A DNA stretch of 64,000 nucleotides from assembly GCA_964016885.1 (NCBI GenBank), contig OZ024743.1, positions 214,458,001-214,522,000 of the forward strand, in the 5' to 3' direction. This DNA comes from Eledone cirrhosa (Eukaryota). Of this stretch, positions 39,659 through 52,248 are shown in pieces. A program made the position numbers and the translations under genes. The notes beneath the pieces were generated by a model. It searched no databases and was not told the DNA's origin. It saw only the letters and a list, made by a program, of their open reading frames with translations. Numbering within the stretch: the stretch's first letter is position 1; each line of letters opens with the position of its first letter.

Positions 39659-40074
39659 ACATGGTGGCTGCTATCTCGTTTTCGAGTACGGCCACTACTT
39701 TATATCCATCTAGGAGAACCGATGAGCTGAACGAGTGTGAATTTGTAGTCCAGCTAGCGACTTGAAACGCTGGTACAAACACTACACTTGTCACAATTAT
39801 TGACACATATTGTTGGGCCCATGGTACCATGTGACGACAAGTGCAGAGAGACCTCCAGATATCAATCAAAGCCTGTGTCGTGAAGCTTTTATAGTGAGCA
39901 AAGGCACTGCACAGAGCCAGTCCCACTCTCTTGACGAAGATGATATTTACCAAAAAGAAGAACAAGTCAACATCATTGGATACCATTAGGGTTGCAGGTG
40001 TTATATCAGAGTTTTCCTTCTCCTAGAATTCTGCCTTGACAAAGGCTAAGGGGTCATCTCTCCCGGATATATAT

Positions 40075-40120
<46 letters not shown>

Positions 40121-40295
40121 TGGCTGCCAAATCGTTTTCGAGTACGGCCACCACTATATATCCATGTAGGAGAACCTCTACTGATGCGCTGAACGAGTGT
40201 GACTTTTTAGTCCAGCCAGAGACTTGAAAACTCTGGTACAAACACTACACTTGTGACAATCACTGACACATAGTGCTGGGCCCATTGTACCCTGT
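39659..40295 (-). mobile_element. Two short 3' ends of an RTE-like LINE with a C-terminal C2H2 finger
   Basis: Duplicated segments at 39659-39830 and 40118-40295. Peptide CHKCSVCTRVFKSLAGLKSHTRSAH. Both terminate in TA-rich microsatellite. Confidence 0.5.
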
Positions 40296-40364
40296 GATGA
40301 CAATAATTGTATGACAATATATGTATATATATATACATATATACATACATATATATATATATAT

Positions 40365-40395
<31 letters not shown>

Positions 40396-40490
40396 CCTAT
40401 ATACATACATACATATATACTAAGCCCTCTTTGGATTTTAGTCTTCAAATTTATTATTATTATATATAAATATATAATAATAATAAATAA

Positions 40491-40678
40491 AGGGCGGTGG
40501 ATTGGCAGTATTGGTAGAGAGTCGGACGCCATGCTATGACGCATAGAGTTACGGCCCTTGCTATTCTGAGTTCAAATCCCGCCGAGGTTAACTTTGCGTT
40601 TCATCCTTACGGGGGTCGATAAAATAAAGTACCAGTAATACACTGGGTAATTGCTGGCCTTGTGCCTAACGTAGAAAC

Positions 40679-40685
<7 letters not shown>
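40491..40685 (+). mobile_element. SINE family A
   Basis: agggcggtggattggcagtattggtagag...gagttcaaatcccgccgagg...gtagaaacaattata. Confidence 0.88.
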
Positions 40686-40713
<28 letters not shown>

Positions 40714-41279
40714 TTTATATATCTATTTGTGAATATATCAGGTGATGGTAATATCCATAAATGAGTAATATTTAATTAATTTTCTTTTGAAAATGGAATT
40801 CAGAGAAAGTTGCTTTAGTCTAATTATCTTTTATAATTAATGGTTTAATGGTGAATCGTAGTAGGAGGAAGATTTCAAATACCGATGCAGTTAACAGTTG
40901 TATTTACTTTCTCTTCGTTGTCATTCAGTTTACATTTTTTTCATCCATTTCTCTTTCTATACTAAAGCAATTATAGATCCGTGATTAACATCATAGAAAG
41001 TCTGAAATACTGAAACACACACACAAAAGCAGACATACCCATATCTGAATGTACGTATGTATGCATGTATGTATGTATGTATGTATGTATGTATGTATGT
41101 ATGAAGTTACGTATGTAGTTATGTATGTATGAAGTTACGTATGTAGTTATGTATGTATGTATGTATGTATATGTATGTATGAATAACTGTATGCATGTTT
41201 GTATGTATGTATGTACGTTTGTATGTAATTATATAGGTGCGTGTGTATGTTCTTCTGGTTTTATAATTTCACAAATTTT

Positions 41280-42100
41280 TGCCAATAATGAGAGTCGGTT
41301 TCTAACATAGACACAATACTTCATTGGAATTTACACAATATCAACTAGGTAGATATTTATGCATGCATGTGCAGATATGGATGTTTTTGTATGTGTGGAT
41401 GTTTTGTGTTGTATGTGTGCATGTGTATATGCTTTGTATCTGTACATGTATATATGCAGTTATTGGATGCACAGTTTTTGGAATACTTTACATATTTTTA
41501 CTGTTCCATTAATGGATTGTACTTCTAATTTCCTAACTAGTTGTGTTTTTTCTGTTCATGTGAAGCCCAGATTCTCAAGATTTGTATTGAGGCAGTTACT
41601 AACATATCCCAGAGCCCCATTAATCACAGCCATAAATCTGAAGGTATAACCAGGCTGGAGTATCTGCAGATTTCTCATCAGTTCTGCATAAATATTCTCC
41701 TTTTCGGTAATCTTCGATATTATATTAGCATATGCTGGACAGCTAATTTCCACTACTGTTCATGCCTTCTTTTCCCTGTGCCATATCATAATAACTGGTC
41801 TGTTATTCCTGCATTTTATTGGGGTTTTTACTGGAACATTCCTCCAGTACTCTTTCATATTATGTATATGTATGTCTCCCACATTGCTGTAGCTTTTAAT
41901 GTGTTTATTATCGGAGCTATCTTCGCTAAGAATTGCATTATACAGTGTTTTGGCCATTACATCATGCTTCATAGGTATTATGTACGTATAGACGTGTGTA
42001 TTTTTATATGTATGTTCTTCTGGTTTCATTTTGAGATAGTAATATGATACTGTGTTTCCAGTTTACTTCGAACCAATTCTTGACTGACAAGTGCTGATGC
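41280..42100 (-). mobile_element. 3' remnant of an R4/Dong-like non-LTR retrotransposon (restriction-like endonuclease domain)
   Basis: ORFs 41760-42029 (KHDVMAKTLY..YWRNVPVKT..NNRP.I.IW) and 41556-41753 (EISCP..NI..K..EKENIY.EL..L..VINGALG) follow the RLE pattern. (CATA)n lies beyond the 3' end. Confidence 0.72.
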
Positions 42101-42550
42101 ACAAACTATTTTTAGTCCATTCAATGAAATAAACATCGTCTATAATCACCTTAATACAACACCTTTGAATGTTGAGAAGAATGTTGAAAACACATATTGT
42201 TGGAGCATTTAAATGCCCAAGTCGGATGTTTCTATGAGTTTTGGTGGTTGCACCTATGGCCTCTTATTACAAATATGCAAGGAGTTAGAGTGACTGATAG
42301 CGAATACGTAGTTCAGAGAGAGAGAAGTATATTTATAATGTGACATGGATACAACGACGTTTGGGTCACTGGTACATCCGCGATTATATGTTTGTTCGTA
42401 GGTATTATTTCGCAGGTGTTTTGTCTGGCCGGTGTTTGTATAATGCTGAATGATGGACGGAACATCGTACATCACAAGCCTAATTCTCGGTCATTTTCTG
42501 TCGCAAACAAAATACGTGTATTATGGTCGAATACCAAAGTAGTGTGTGCG

Positions 42551-42830
42551 CAGGCGCATGGACTGGTGGTACGGGTGTTGGACTTCAGATCATAATGTCA
42601 TGTGTTCGATTCCTGAACTGGGGTGTGTTGTGTTCCTGAGGAAAAGACTTCCTTTCACGTTGCTCCCATTACTAAGCTGGAAATGAACACGGTAATAGCT
42701 GAGGGTTTAAACCTATGATGGACTGGCGTCCTGTCTAGGGATGGGTCTTTTACTTTCAGTCGCTTCACGCCATGGAAACCACAGTGAGCAACGTCTTGAT
42801 GATCCTCCGTGCTTGGGGCAGTTTGTTTAA
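42551..42830 (+). mobile_element. Old tRNA-derived SINE, family B
   Basis: A box-like tggactggtgg and B box gttcgattcc. Conserved core-like segment cctatgatggactggcgtcctgtctaggg..gtcgcttcacgccatggaaacc. Confidence 0.55.
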
Positions 42831-43295
42831 TATATTTCTTATAATATGTATTCTATTTTGCTAATGCTTCCTCATATAATTCAATTATAATATTTATGCT
42901 TATTTTATTTCCCATGTGTACTGTTCATGCAGAAGGTGATCAGTAACAGTCTGAGATACTCCAATTAACCGCGAATAGAATAGTAGGATCAGTCGTATAA
43001 TATGATATAATTATCATATAATTATGTTCAGTGCCTACTCATTACACAAACGATATTCTAATTTTGATGATTTAGCTACAATATTTAGGCGTCTCTTTAA
43101 TCGGTGTCTATCTGCATAAATTCACCAACTTCCCATTGGTTCTACGCTATGTATTTCTACGCTATGTATTTTCAATGAATACCATTTAGCCTTCCGAAGT
43201 AAAAAAAAGCCTAAAACATAAATGATACTTCTTTTCAAAGCTTAATACGAAAACTACAAAATATTGTTACTGTCTATCAATTACTTATTGATATG

Positions 43296-43367
<72 letters not shown>

Positions 43368-44137
43368 TATATGAGATCATATCGAAATGGATATAACGCT
43401 TATTTATTTCTAAGTGCATTAAAGCTCAATGTTTCAGTCCCATCAAATTCACGTATTGAAACGATCCTTTGACGAATTCGTTGTCTGAGCATAATTATTC
43501 AATTCAGTTGATGAAACCAAGGCTTAAAGGAGTTCATATGTGTTATTAATTTATACGATCGTTTTGACATTGAAATCCAATTCTGTTTCTCCATAACAAT
43601 TTGAATATTATATAATTAATTTATTAATTAATTATAGCAACAAACTTGGTAGTTACTTTTCACAAATCTCCTCATGAAATAAAATTCTACACGTGAAGTA
43701 TAATTTTCCCGTTACCTAGTAGGCGAGCGATGAAAACCAGGAGATAAATGCTACTCAAAGTTCCGAATAGCATAGGTGATAAATATGTATGTTGTAGCTG
43801 AGATAAAACATTAATATTAAACATTATAGCACTGTGATATTAACCAGTAAAAGATGTCCATATTCTGTAAGGACTGTTCTCGTGTTCAAATACAATTAGA
43901 AAGTATTTAAAATGTCAACACTCAAAAGGTACTTAGTATTATTAAATTGTACAATATCGAATGTGCAATATCGAATGCAATTTAAGTAACGTTATTATTC
44001 CCACCTTCATTAATTTAGGATTGAGAAACTGAAGAACTCAGATTTGTTCACCCATTATGTTTGGAATTTAAAAAAGAAATCAAACAACTTCTTTGGTTCA
44101 TCACCTGAATATATATATATATGTGTGTGTTTGTGTG

Positions 44138-44205
<68 letters not shown>

Positions 44206-44928
44206 AAGAATATACTATGCACACATTAATAATTATATTGTATATAATGAGGTTCGAACGAAATAGTTTAACACGTAATTTTTAGGTATGATTGAAATTG
44301 AAAGAAAAAATTCAGTTGTAGTTTACATTGAGATAGTAGTTGTATAAATGATGTATTAAATTCTATGCAACCTGTTGTAAACAGTTAAACTTAGCTCGCA
44401 CCATGATGATGACTCTTGAAAATAATAGCTTCCTTTGAAATACTAATTAGACTCGGACTAGATATTGAAGACAGAATACATCAAAACATGATTAATTATT
44501 TCATTTTTATTTTTAATCTTTTGGTCCGACCTTATTACGCGGATCATTTGATATTTTGGAATTCATCAAAGACATCATTAATGGAGAAAATTTAATTGAA
44601 ATTTACATTAATTTAACATCTCGACGTCCGCTGTTCCTATAATTAAAACATCTGTTTATCTGCGAGTTTCGGTACTTCAATCTAATACTAACCGTGTAAT
44701 TCAGCCATACATTTACTTTTCACTATAATACCGTATTCAAATTGAATTTACTGCTCTCTCAAGCTATCTCATCCCCCATTCACTTATCTGTCTTTCGATC
44801 TACCTGTCTATATGCATGCGTATGTGTATGTGCGTGTGTCTGAATTTCTGTCTGTATGTATATATATATATGTCTCTCCACCCGCTCTCTCTCTCTATAT
44901 ATATATACATATATATAGAGAGAGAGAT

Positions 44929-45057
<129 letters not shown>

Positions 45058-45141
45058 AAAGGTAAACAGAAATAACAACACAATCGGTACAGTATATGGA
45101 AGGTATATATTAGGTTAACGCTTGATATAGCAGGAATCGGG

Positions 45142-45177
45142 TCTTAACGTTTCAGACGCTAGTCCTTCATCAGAAGA
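45142..45177 (-). ncRNA. Ultra-minimal type I hammerhead (36 nt)
   Basis: Minus strand: tctt-CTGATGA-a-ggac(tagc)gtct-GAAA-cG-TT-aaga. Stem III is the loopless palindrome ACGT. Confidence 0.7.
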
Positions 45178-45514
45178 ATGAATGAGAAATAAAATAGATT
45201 GATGGGACGGCCGGGATGGAATTGGAAAAAATGTCTTTAGATAAAAATAACAGGTCCATTCGTGTTCACATCTAGGAACATAGTGTACGATTTTCAGTAA
45301 ATTTCTTAATCATTGGAAGTGGCACAAATACTGAGTTCATATATGAAGAATGATACAACAAAGATATGAAAATATAAATGTTCTGATGGAGTCCTACGTC
45401 TGAGGAAGTGATCGATGCTGGAGTTAGATCTATTACATAGACGTGCATCTTGAGACAATCATCTTACAAATATATGTAAACGTCACGCTAACATAAAAAC
45501 ATTGTAATACGAAA

Positions 45515-45545
<31 letters not shown>

Positions 45546-45596
45546 CGATTTTGCGTTTCGTTTCGCTTTTTCTGCCAGCCGAAATACGATTCAAGC

Positions 45597-45672
<76 letters not shown>

Positions 45673-45809
45673 GGTTTGAGGTTCACCACTGTATAGAGCT
45701 GGTCTATTCCGTATGGTCAATAGTAATGCAATAATATAGAGAGTACTCAACGTAAGGCAGTTCAACCGTCTTTGTTTTTGTAGTTGGTGGTGCTATTACG
45801 GAGTTAAAT

Positions 45810-46340
45810 ATTATAATGAAATGACAGGAGACTGGATTTGTGTAAATCCTTGAAAGGTTTATTATACTATGATCATTTCAATGACCGGGTTCCGTATGAA
45901 TCCGGTGATATCATCAGGTATTCGAAATATAATACGTGAATGTAATAGATAAAATCCATGAGGCTGAAAATCGAGGACCCGAGGGCGACCGCTATTCTGT
46001 TCCTTCAACCTCAGCCGGTCGCCCTGGAGTGACGTGGCTAAAGTTTATAGTATGCTACTACCGGTCAGATAAACGAAAACAGAAAGGGATGGGAACATAA
46101 GTTAACGTCAATCTCATGACACAAGATAAAAGAAAGAAAGAAAGGAAGAAGAGAGAAGAAGGGGGAAGAAAGAAGAAGAGAAGCCAGGGTTAATGTCAGC
46201 TAAAAGAAGAAAGGCAACTACTACCGGTCAGATATTGCTTGCCTATATCTGACCGGTAGTAGTACCCGGTCATTGAAATGATCATAGTATAATAAACCTT
46301 TCAAGGATTTACACAAATCCAGCCTCCTGTCATTTCATTA

Positions 46341-46345
<5 letters not shown>
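45810..46345 (-). mobile_element. Mini PLE-type insertion: pLTR fragment with an inverted arm of about 80 bp
   Basis: 45810-45890 is the reverse complement of 46265-46345. An internal repeat and hairpin ctactaccggtcagata occurs at about 46054 and 46217-46264. Contains an HHR. Confidence 0.65.
45864..45921 (-). ncRNA. Minimal type I hammerhead ribozyme
   Basis: Minus strand: atac-CTGATGA-tatcaccggattc(atacg)gaacccggtcatt-GAAA-tgatcA-TA-gtat-aataaa. Stem III is palindromic (ATGATCAT). Confidence 0.8.
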
Positions 46346-46371
<26 letters not shown>

Positions 46372-46375
<4 letters not shown>

Positions 46376-47005
46376 ATACATTAACGGAGCCATAGACACT
46401 TGCCGTTCCCTGTAAATAATGTGCTCAAAGGAGAGGAAATCCTGAGCTCTTTAAAATACAATATGTTGAAAAGGTAACACACTAGAGAGAGAGATACAGT
46501 GCGCTATCAATAAAACAGGGAAAACCCACCAGTGTATGGAATCTATAACCTATGAAAGGCAGAGTATAGACACGATAATTAAAAATATAAATTAAAGCGT
46601 AAATAAATACCTCTATAACTGTATAACACAGATACAAATCCAAAGTGAACTGTTTCGCCAGTAAGCTGTTGACAGAAATGAAGTAATCCAGGTTCATCAG
46701 CGCGTGTCAGGCCATACATTTCAGACAACACTAAGAGCATTTTTAAAACGACCGTCCAGCTACACGTGACACACGCTGATGAACCTGGGTTATTTCATTT
46801 CTGTCAACAACTTACTGGCGAAACAGATCACTTTGGATTTGTACGTGTGTTATATAGTTATAGAGGTATTTATTTACGCTTTAATTTATATTTTTAATTA
46901 TCGTGTCTATACTCTGCCTTTCATAGGTTATAGATTCCATACACTGGTGGTTTTTCCGTGTTTTATTGATAGCGCACTGTATCTCTATCTAGTGTGCTAC
47001 CTTTT

Positions 47006-47012
<7 letters not shown>
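46372..47012. mobile_element. ORF-less HHR element arranged as an inverted pair of about 250 bp
   Basis: 46460-46710 is the reverse complement of 46767-47012. Each arm carries an HHR, and both ends lie in (TA)n. Confidence 0.75.
46769..46850 (+). ncRNA. Type I hammerhead ribozyme with full stems I and III (inverted copy at 46626-46707)
   Basis: acacacg-CTGATGA-acctgg...ctggc-GAAA-cagatc(actttg)gatttG-TA-cgtgtgt. Stem I and stem III have 7 bp each. Confidence 0.85.
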
Positions 47013-47050
<38 letters not shown>

Positions 47051-47185
47051 TCTCTCTCCCTTTTTCTACCCCCCCCCCCCTCTCTCTCTCTCTCTGTATA
47101 TATATATATATATACATGTGCGTATGTGTGTGTGTGTGTGTGTGTGCGTGTGCTTGTGCGTGTGTGTATGTTTGTGTGTATTTGT

Positions 47186-47298
<113 letters not shown>

Positions 47299-47726
47299 TG
47301 TGTGTGAAGTACGGGTAGCAAAGCGTAATGAATTCGATTTCAGTTGCTGCGTAGGAAAACAACATTAGTTAATTTAGAAAATAAGATTAGTGTTTCTGTT
47401 TTGACGAATTTATTTAAAAACATAGTTAAGGACGTTGGATGTCGGAATAAATAATTTTCATGTTACCTACATTAATTTTTAGAACTCTAGAACTACTGTG
47501 ATCTCCTCTATACGTCACGGAATGCTGAACATAAACACGGCTGCTACTGTAGTATTCAAGCGTCATTTTAGCTAGTGTGTTTGGTCTGGGAAATTTTGGA
47601 CAATGAGGAACAGCCCGAGACTGCATACAGTATAAGTATTAGATATAAACTTGCTACTGAAGCTTCAATTAAAAGTTAGTGCATTAGAAATCACGTTGTA
47701 ACTGTAACCATTATTTTAATTCATTG

Positions 47727-47906
47727 GTGGATTGGCAGTATCTGTAGAGGGTTGGACGCCATGCTTTGACTCATAGTTACGAACCTTGCCATTCTGAGTT
47801 CAAATCTCGCCGAGGGTAAATTTGCCCTTCAACCTTACGGGGTCAATAAAGTAAAGTACCAGTACTGCACTGGGTAATTGCTGGCCTTGTGCCAAAAATA
47901 GAAACA
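47727..47906 (+). mobile_element. SINE family A with a 17-bp TSD
   Basis: TSD attattttaattcattg at 47710-47726 and 47907-47923. Confidence 0.88.
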
Positions 47907-48019
47907 ATTATTTTAATTCATTGATCACTTTCGTAACGTGTATCATTGTCTCCCCGCTAAATCTAAAGAGTAAAATCTGATTCAAGAATCGCCGATAACA
48001 GAAAAGGGTATCCCGGCCT

Positions 48020-49075
48020 CCGCTATCCTGTCACGATGCGCCATGTTTACCTTCCTCATGATAATATGATAGAAATGAGGAGGAAAAAACCATATACATG
48101 TTCAAAAAACAATGACATGGAATTTGAGAATGAACAGAAAGGAAAATTGTCAACTTATTAGATATAATCCTTAACCTGAACTCTGGTCGCTATTACCATT
48201 TCCACAATTCTAATGAAAACATGAAGTACGCAAATGCCAACTCATTCCACCATAGTCATATGGCTAAGACCATAGTTAGGAGCGTATCCCTGGGGATCTC
48301 GACACTCTCGGCAAGGCAGAATTGTTTTCACAACTATACGGATTATAATAGTAGTGACTTAACAAGGGCAGGTTACAAATATAGGATGTAATACCTACGA
48401 AATCACAATAAGATTATTAGCAACACAAATGTTGCTAGAAACAAAATTATAAGAAAGTGAACAAAATTGAGGGATAGATCTGCAACTCTAATCACATGTT
48501 ACACAACACAAACTTTCCAACTGTCATGGGAAGACGAACGTTAAAAATCTCTTTATGAATATGAATAATAACTAAATTATGAATAATCGAAAATACAAGG
48601 AATCGGGTGGGTTGCCATACACCACCCCTTTAAAATGAATTGGAGTGGTATATGGTGACCGGTAGCGTAATTTCTGGAAAATATAAATTGACATCCCCAA
48701 AAGTAAAAACTAGGAAACCTAGATAAACTATTACTTGATGAAACCGCCATAAGGAAGCATCGAGCACCAGGTATGAAGTTATGTGAAATAACAATCTACA
48801 CATGTATGCAGAAGCACTGAAACCGTCTGGATGGATAAACATGCCACTCCTCCATAGTAGTAATCACCCCCCCCCCCCCACAAATGCGTATATAAATAAC
48901 GACAACAGAACAGCATAAAAGGTATTGGAATCCATCGTATAATAATTGCAAAGCGACCAGACACAATCAAGCACAGACCCAAACAGTGGAAATAAATTTC
49001 TAAATATGAAACAAAATCCTAACGTAGCTAAGATAAATCGACCCATCAATATTGTATGGTGTAATCCATCATTCA
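48020..49075 (+). pseudogene. Ancient PLE RT remnant (not in the ORF track)
   Basis: Manual translation gives VNLLDIILNLNSGRYYHFHNSNENMKYANANSFH..VSLGISTLS..LTRAGY at about 48149-48378 and NRPINIVWCNPSF at about 49035-49075. These match PLE-5 VNFLDVTLDLNNDLYYPYKKPND..SNH and RNVTWFNPP. Confidence 0.7.
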
Positions 49076-49814
49076 TTGCTGGATTACGAAGGAATATTCG
49101 AACTGACTGTTCATGAAATCATTTTCATTTATATATAAACAGTCAAAAAATCTTGACATGAACAGAATGAAAGCTACTATATAATTAGTGGTATGTGGTA
49201 TTTAGCCTTTCTGTTTTGATCATATAGTATCATGCGAGCAATAGCCAAAGTAAATAAAATTTACAAAAGTTTACAAAAGTGCTACATTTTACACGATATT
49301 AGTGTAGTTCTCAGCAGATACACATCGCAAGACGACATTCCACATGAAACAAACAGTACAAAACTTTCTATCCCACCAGAATTTTATGCATAATTATGTG
49401 TTCTGGAAATCGGTAAATAATTCCAATATGATAGGATGTGTAGATTTTGTTGGCCGCCTGTACTTTACATCATATTACATTTAGAAGGTCATGATTTTTC
49501 AATAAAATTCAGGTATTAGCTATTAAATGCCTGTTGGTTACAAGAGAGAGGAGTAAATATAAAGCTAAGAAAATATGAATGAAAATGTCGATTATATCAT
49601 ATAGCCTGTGAAAGAACTATGTAATTCAGAAGCAGATTTTTCAAAATGTCATGAATGTACGATCATTATATGCGCCATGAGGTTGTTGATAAAGTAATAT
49701 ATGCTGTCCATAGGAAAGACATTTCTTGAGGCAATACTAAAACTTCTCAACTCAAGTGCATATATACAGACCAACGCCACAAATATAGGAGGGACAATAA
49801 TGAGTTTTAGTTTA

Positions 49815-49859
<45 letters not shown>

Positions 49860-51770
49860 CGGAATAACAAGTTAGCGTTATAGGCAATCCACTTAGAGGT
49901 AGTCCAGTTAGAGTACTCCGTATTGTGGATAGTATTAACGTATGGCTTAGTTTGTCTCAACAAGACGCTTCCATAGTGATACAGCGAGTTCACGGTGATT
50001 TCTATGTAGGTTATACTTGGAATAATAATCATTCAAGAGATAAGAGTAACATGGTTGTCTGTACAATAAGGGCTTTATTCACAGTGCTGACAATTGTTTC
50101 TTTGATTCTTTGTTCTGGTAGGTCTAGAGTTCGCTAATCGCTAGATGTTGCGTCAATCGAACACCAATACTTTGTTTATAACCAGTTAATTAATCAGAGC
50201 GAGCGAATGTGAGGATAATATACACGACCAGAACAAAAATATCAATAACAAAATAACTAGATACTGAATAGTTAAATTAATAACATCAATATAAGTGAGA
50301 AATAGAATATAATGATAACATGATAAATCTAGCATGGTAACCGAAGTGACATGATATAGATGTATGAAGTTGACATGTGAAAACTACTATAGGTTACTTT
50401 AGACGTAGTTTTTGAGGGATGAAGAGATAACTAATAAAATGTACCCAGAGTCAGATTTTTGGAATCTGCCCCTTTAAGTGCAATTATGAGTGATCTACAT
50501 ACAAGTGTGCTGTGCGTCTAAAGTCACGTTAGCAATAAACCGGAGATTAATTTATGGTCTGATAGATAAGTATTTTCGTTGTATTAACTTAGTTCTATTG
50601 ATAGAATGAGTGTATAAAGATATATGGTTCTTAGGTAGTATTAAGTGAAATTGTAGATTCAGTATTTTAAGGTTTAGGTGGCTTATTTTAAATGTTGGGA
50701 TTGTTAGTTCGAATCATGGGGGTTTAGTTTTCACAACTTCGATGACAAATAGCGTATAATTAAGACAATAAATCAACAATAAAATATGCATGGTAAATAG
50801 ATAGAGAACATGATGAATAACATTTGAGATAGGGTACATTGATATGATCATAATACTAATGAGAAGAAAATAAGAAAATAAGAGTTTCAAGGAGTATAAG
50901 GGTAATAAGATAATGTACTTAGAATTAAGTTCATGTTAGAGATTATGGGTGCTAATGTGAGATATGTAGATATAATTGTTTGGTCCGAAAGAAAAAAACA
51001 ACAGCAAATGCTAGATGATTGGTAGATGTTTGTAGATATTGTTACCCCATCTTGGTGATATAGATGTAGGGAGGTTGGATAATATGTTTATAAAAAATTA
51101 TGGTTCTGAGGTGGGCTGTGTGAGAATGCGAATTTCATACGTTAAATTCTAAGTGATTTTCCATTAAGTCCGGGGATGCCGGTTCAAATCACGGTGGTTT
51201 AAATCTCGTAAATTTATTAGCAATCCTATGTCTGCAGAAAATTGTCTTTTCTATTTTGCTGTTAAGCAGCATTTTATCGTACCTTAAGATATGTCGCAAT
51301 TCAAGGTTGCAGAGCCAGCAATGGGACATACCGCTGCTATAGGCTTTTGCGGCCGCTAATTTCAACCAGCTAATATTGTAATCAAGGTGTTTGTCCTTAA
51401 GTTGCCAGATTTTATTGGCAGAGGTTGTGGAATGCCCCAGTGCACGGTTCTTCATTGAATGTCTGTATACATACAATCTTTTTTTAAAAAACACCCGCGG
51501 TGGATCCAATGTAGTGTCAGGTGAAGTTGCCCGAGTTTACAGTACATGTACACTAAGCTAGAATCCAGGCATCTATTCGCATAGTTACCATGCTAGTTTT
51601 ATCATTTTATCATTATATTATATTTCTCACTTATATTGATGTTATTAATTTAACTATTCACTATCTAGTTATTTTGTTATTGATATTATTGTTCTGGTCT
51701 AATACCACTCCTCTATAAAAGCCATTCCTTGTATATTATCCTCACATTCGCTCGCTCTGATGAATTACCA
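49860..51770 (-). mobile_element. PLE-7: GIY-YIG remnant with 3' UTR/pLTR and a short inverted arm
   Basis: ORF 51189-51509 (FKKRLY.H..IWQLKD..ISW..CWLCNLE..LLN..CRH). About 50190-50345 is the reverse complement of about 51580-51765. A degenerate HHR lies at 50086-50200 on the minus strand. Confidence 0.78.
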
Positions 51771-51771
51771 A

Positions 51772-52092
51772 TTCTATTGCTCTTCAGTGGGTGTGAAATT
51801 AGTAAACCCTTCACTTCTAAGTATCTCCGAAGACTGAATGTTGTGCGTGTATAAAATAACGCACAGGGCATCCAGAACCGACCGTCTCTCTTAAAGCGTA
51901 TGCTACTAAAAATAGCAGCCAAGTTCACTCGATATTTAAAGTAGCTCACCAAATTCAAGGAGCCGCATATATGAAAGTTATATATTTTGTTGGAAACCCA
52001 AAATAGTCTCTTAACATTAAATAGCTCAAGGAAAGAAATGTTTCCGGGTCGTGTAACATAATTGAATATAAAAGAGAGATAAACACAGATAT
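51772..52092 (-). mobile_element. Diverged truncated copy of the 59.6-61.0 kb HHR unit
   Basis: aatagtctcttaacattaaatagctcaaggaaag..gtcgtgtaacataattgaatata..gataaacac matches the reverse complement of 60385-60475. Truncated just after the CTGAAGA core (51781-51787). Confidence 0.65.
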
Positions 52093-52248
52093 ATATATAT
52101 ATATATACACATATATATATATTTGTTTAAATCGTAAGGGACCAGATTCGGTAGAGTGAGTAAAATACTAACTATGAACAATAGGGTTTGCGAGACTCAA
52201 TTTATAAGAATAAATTAAGAAAAAATACATACATACCGATTTGAACAC

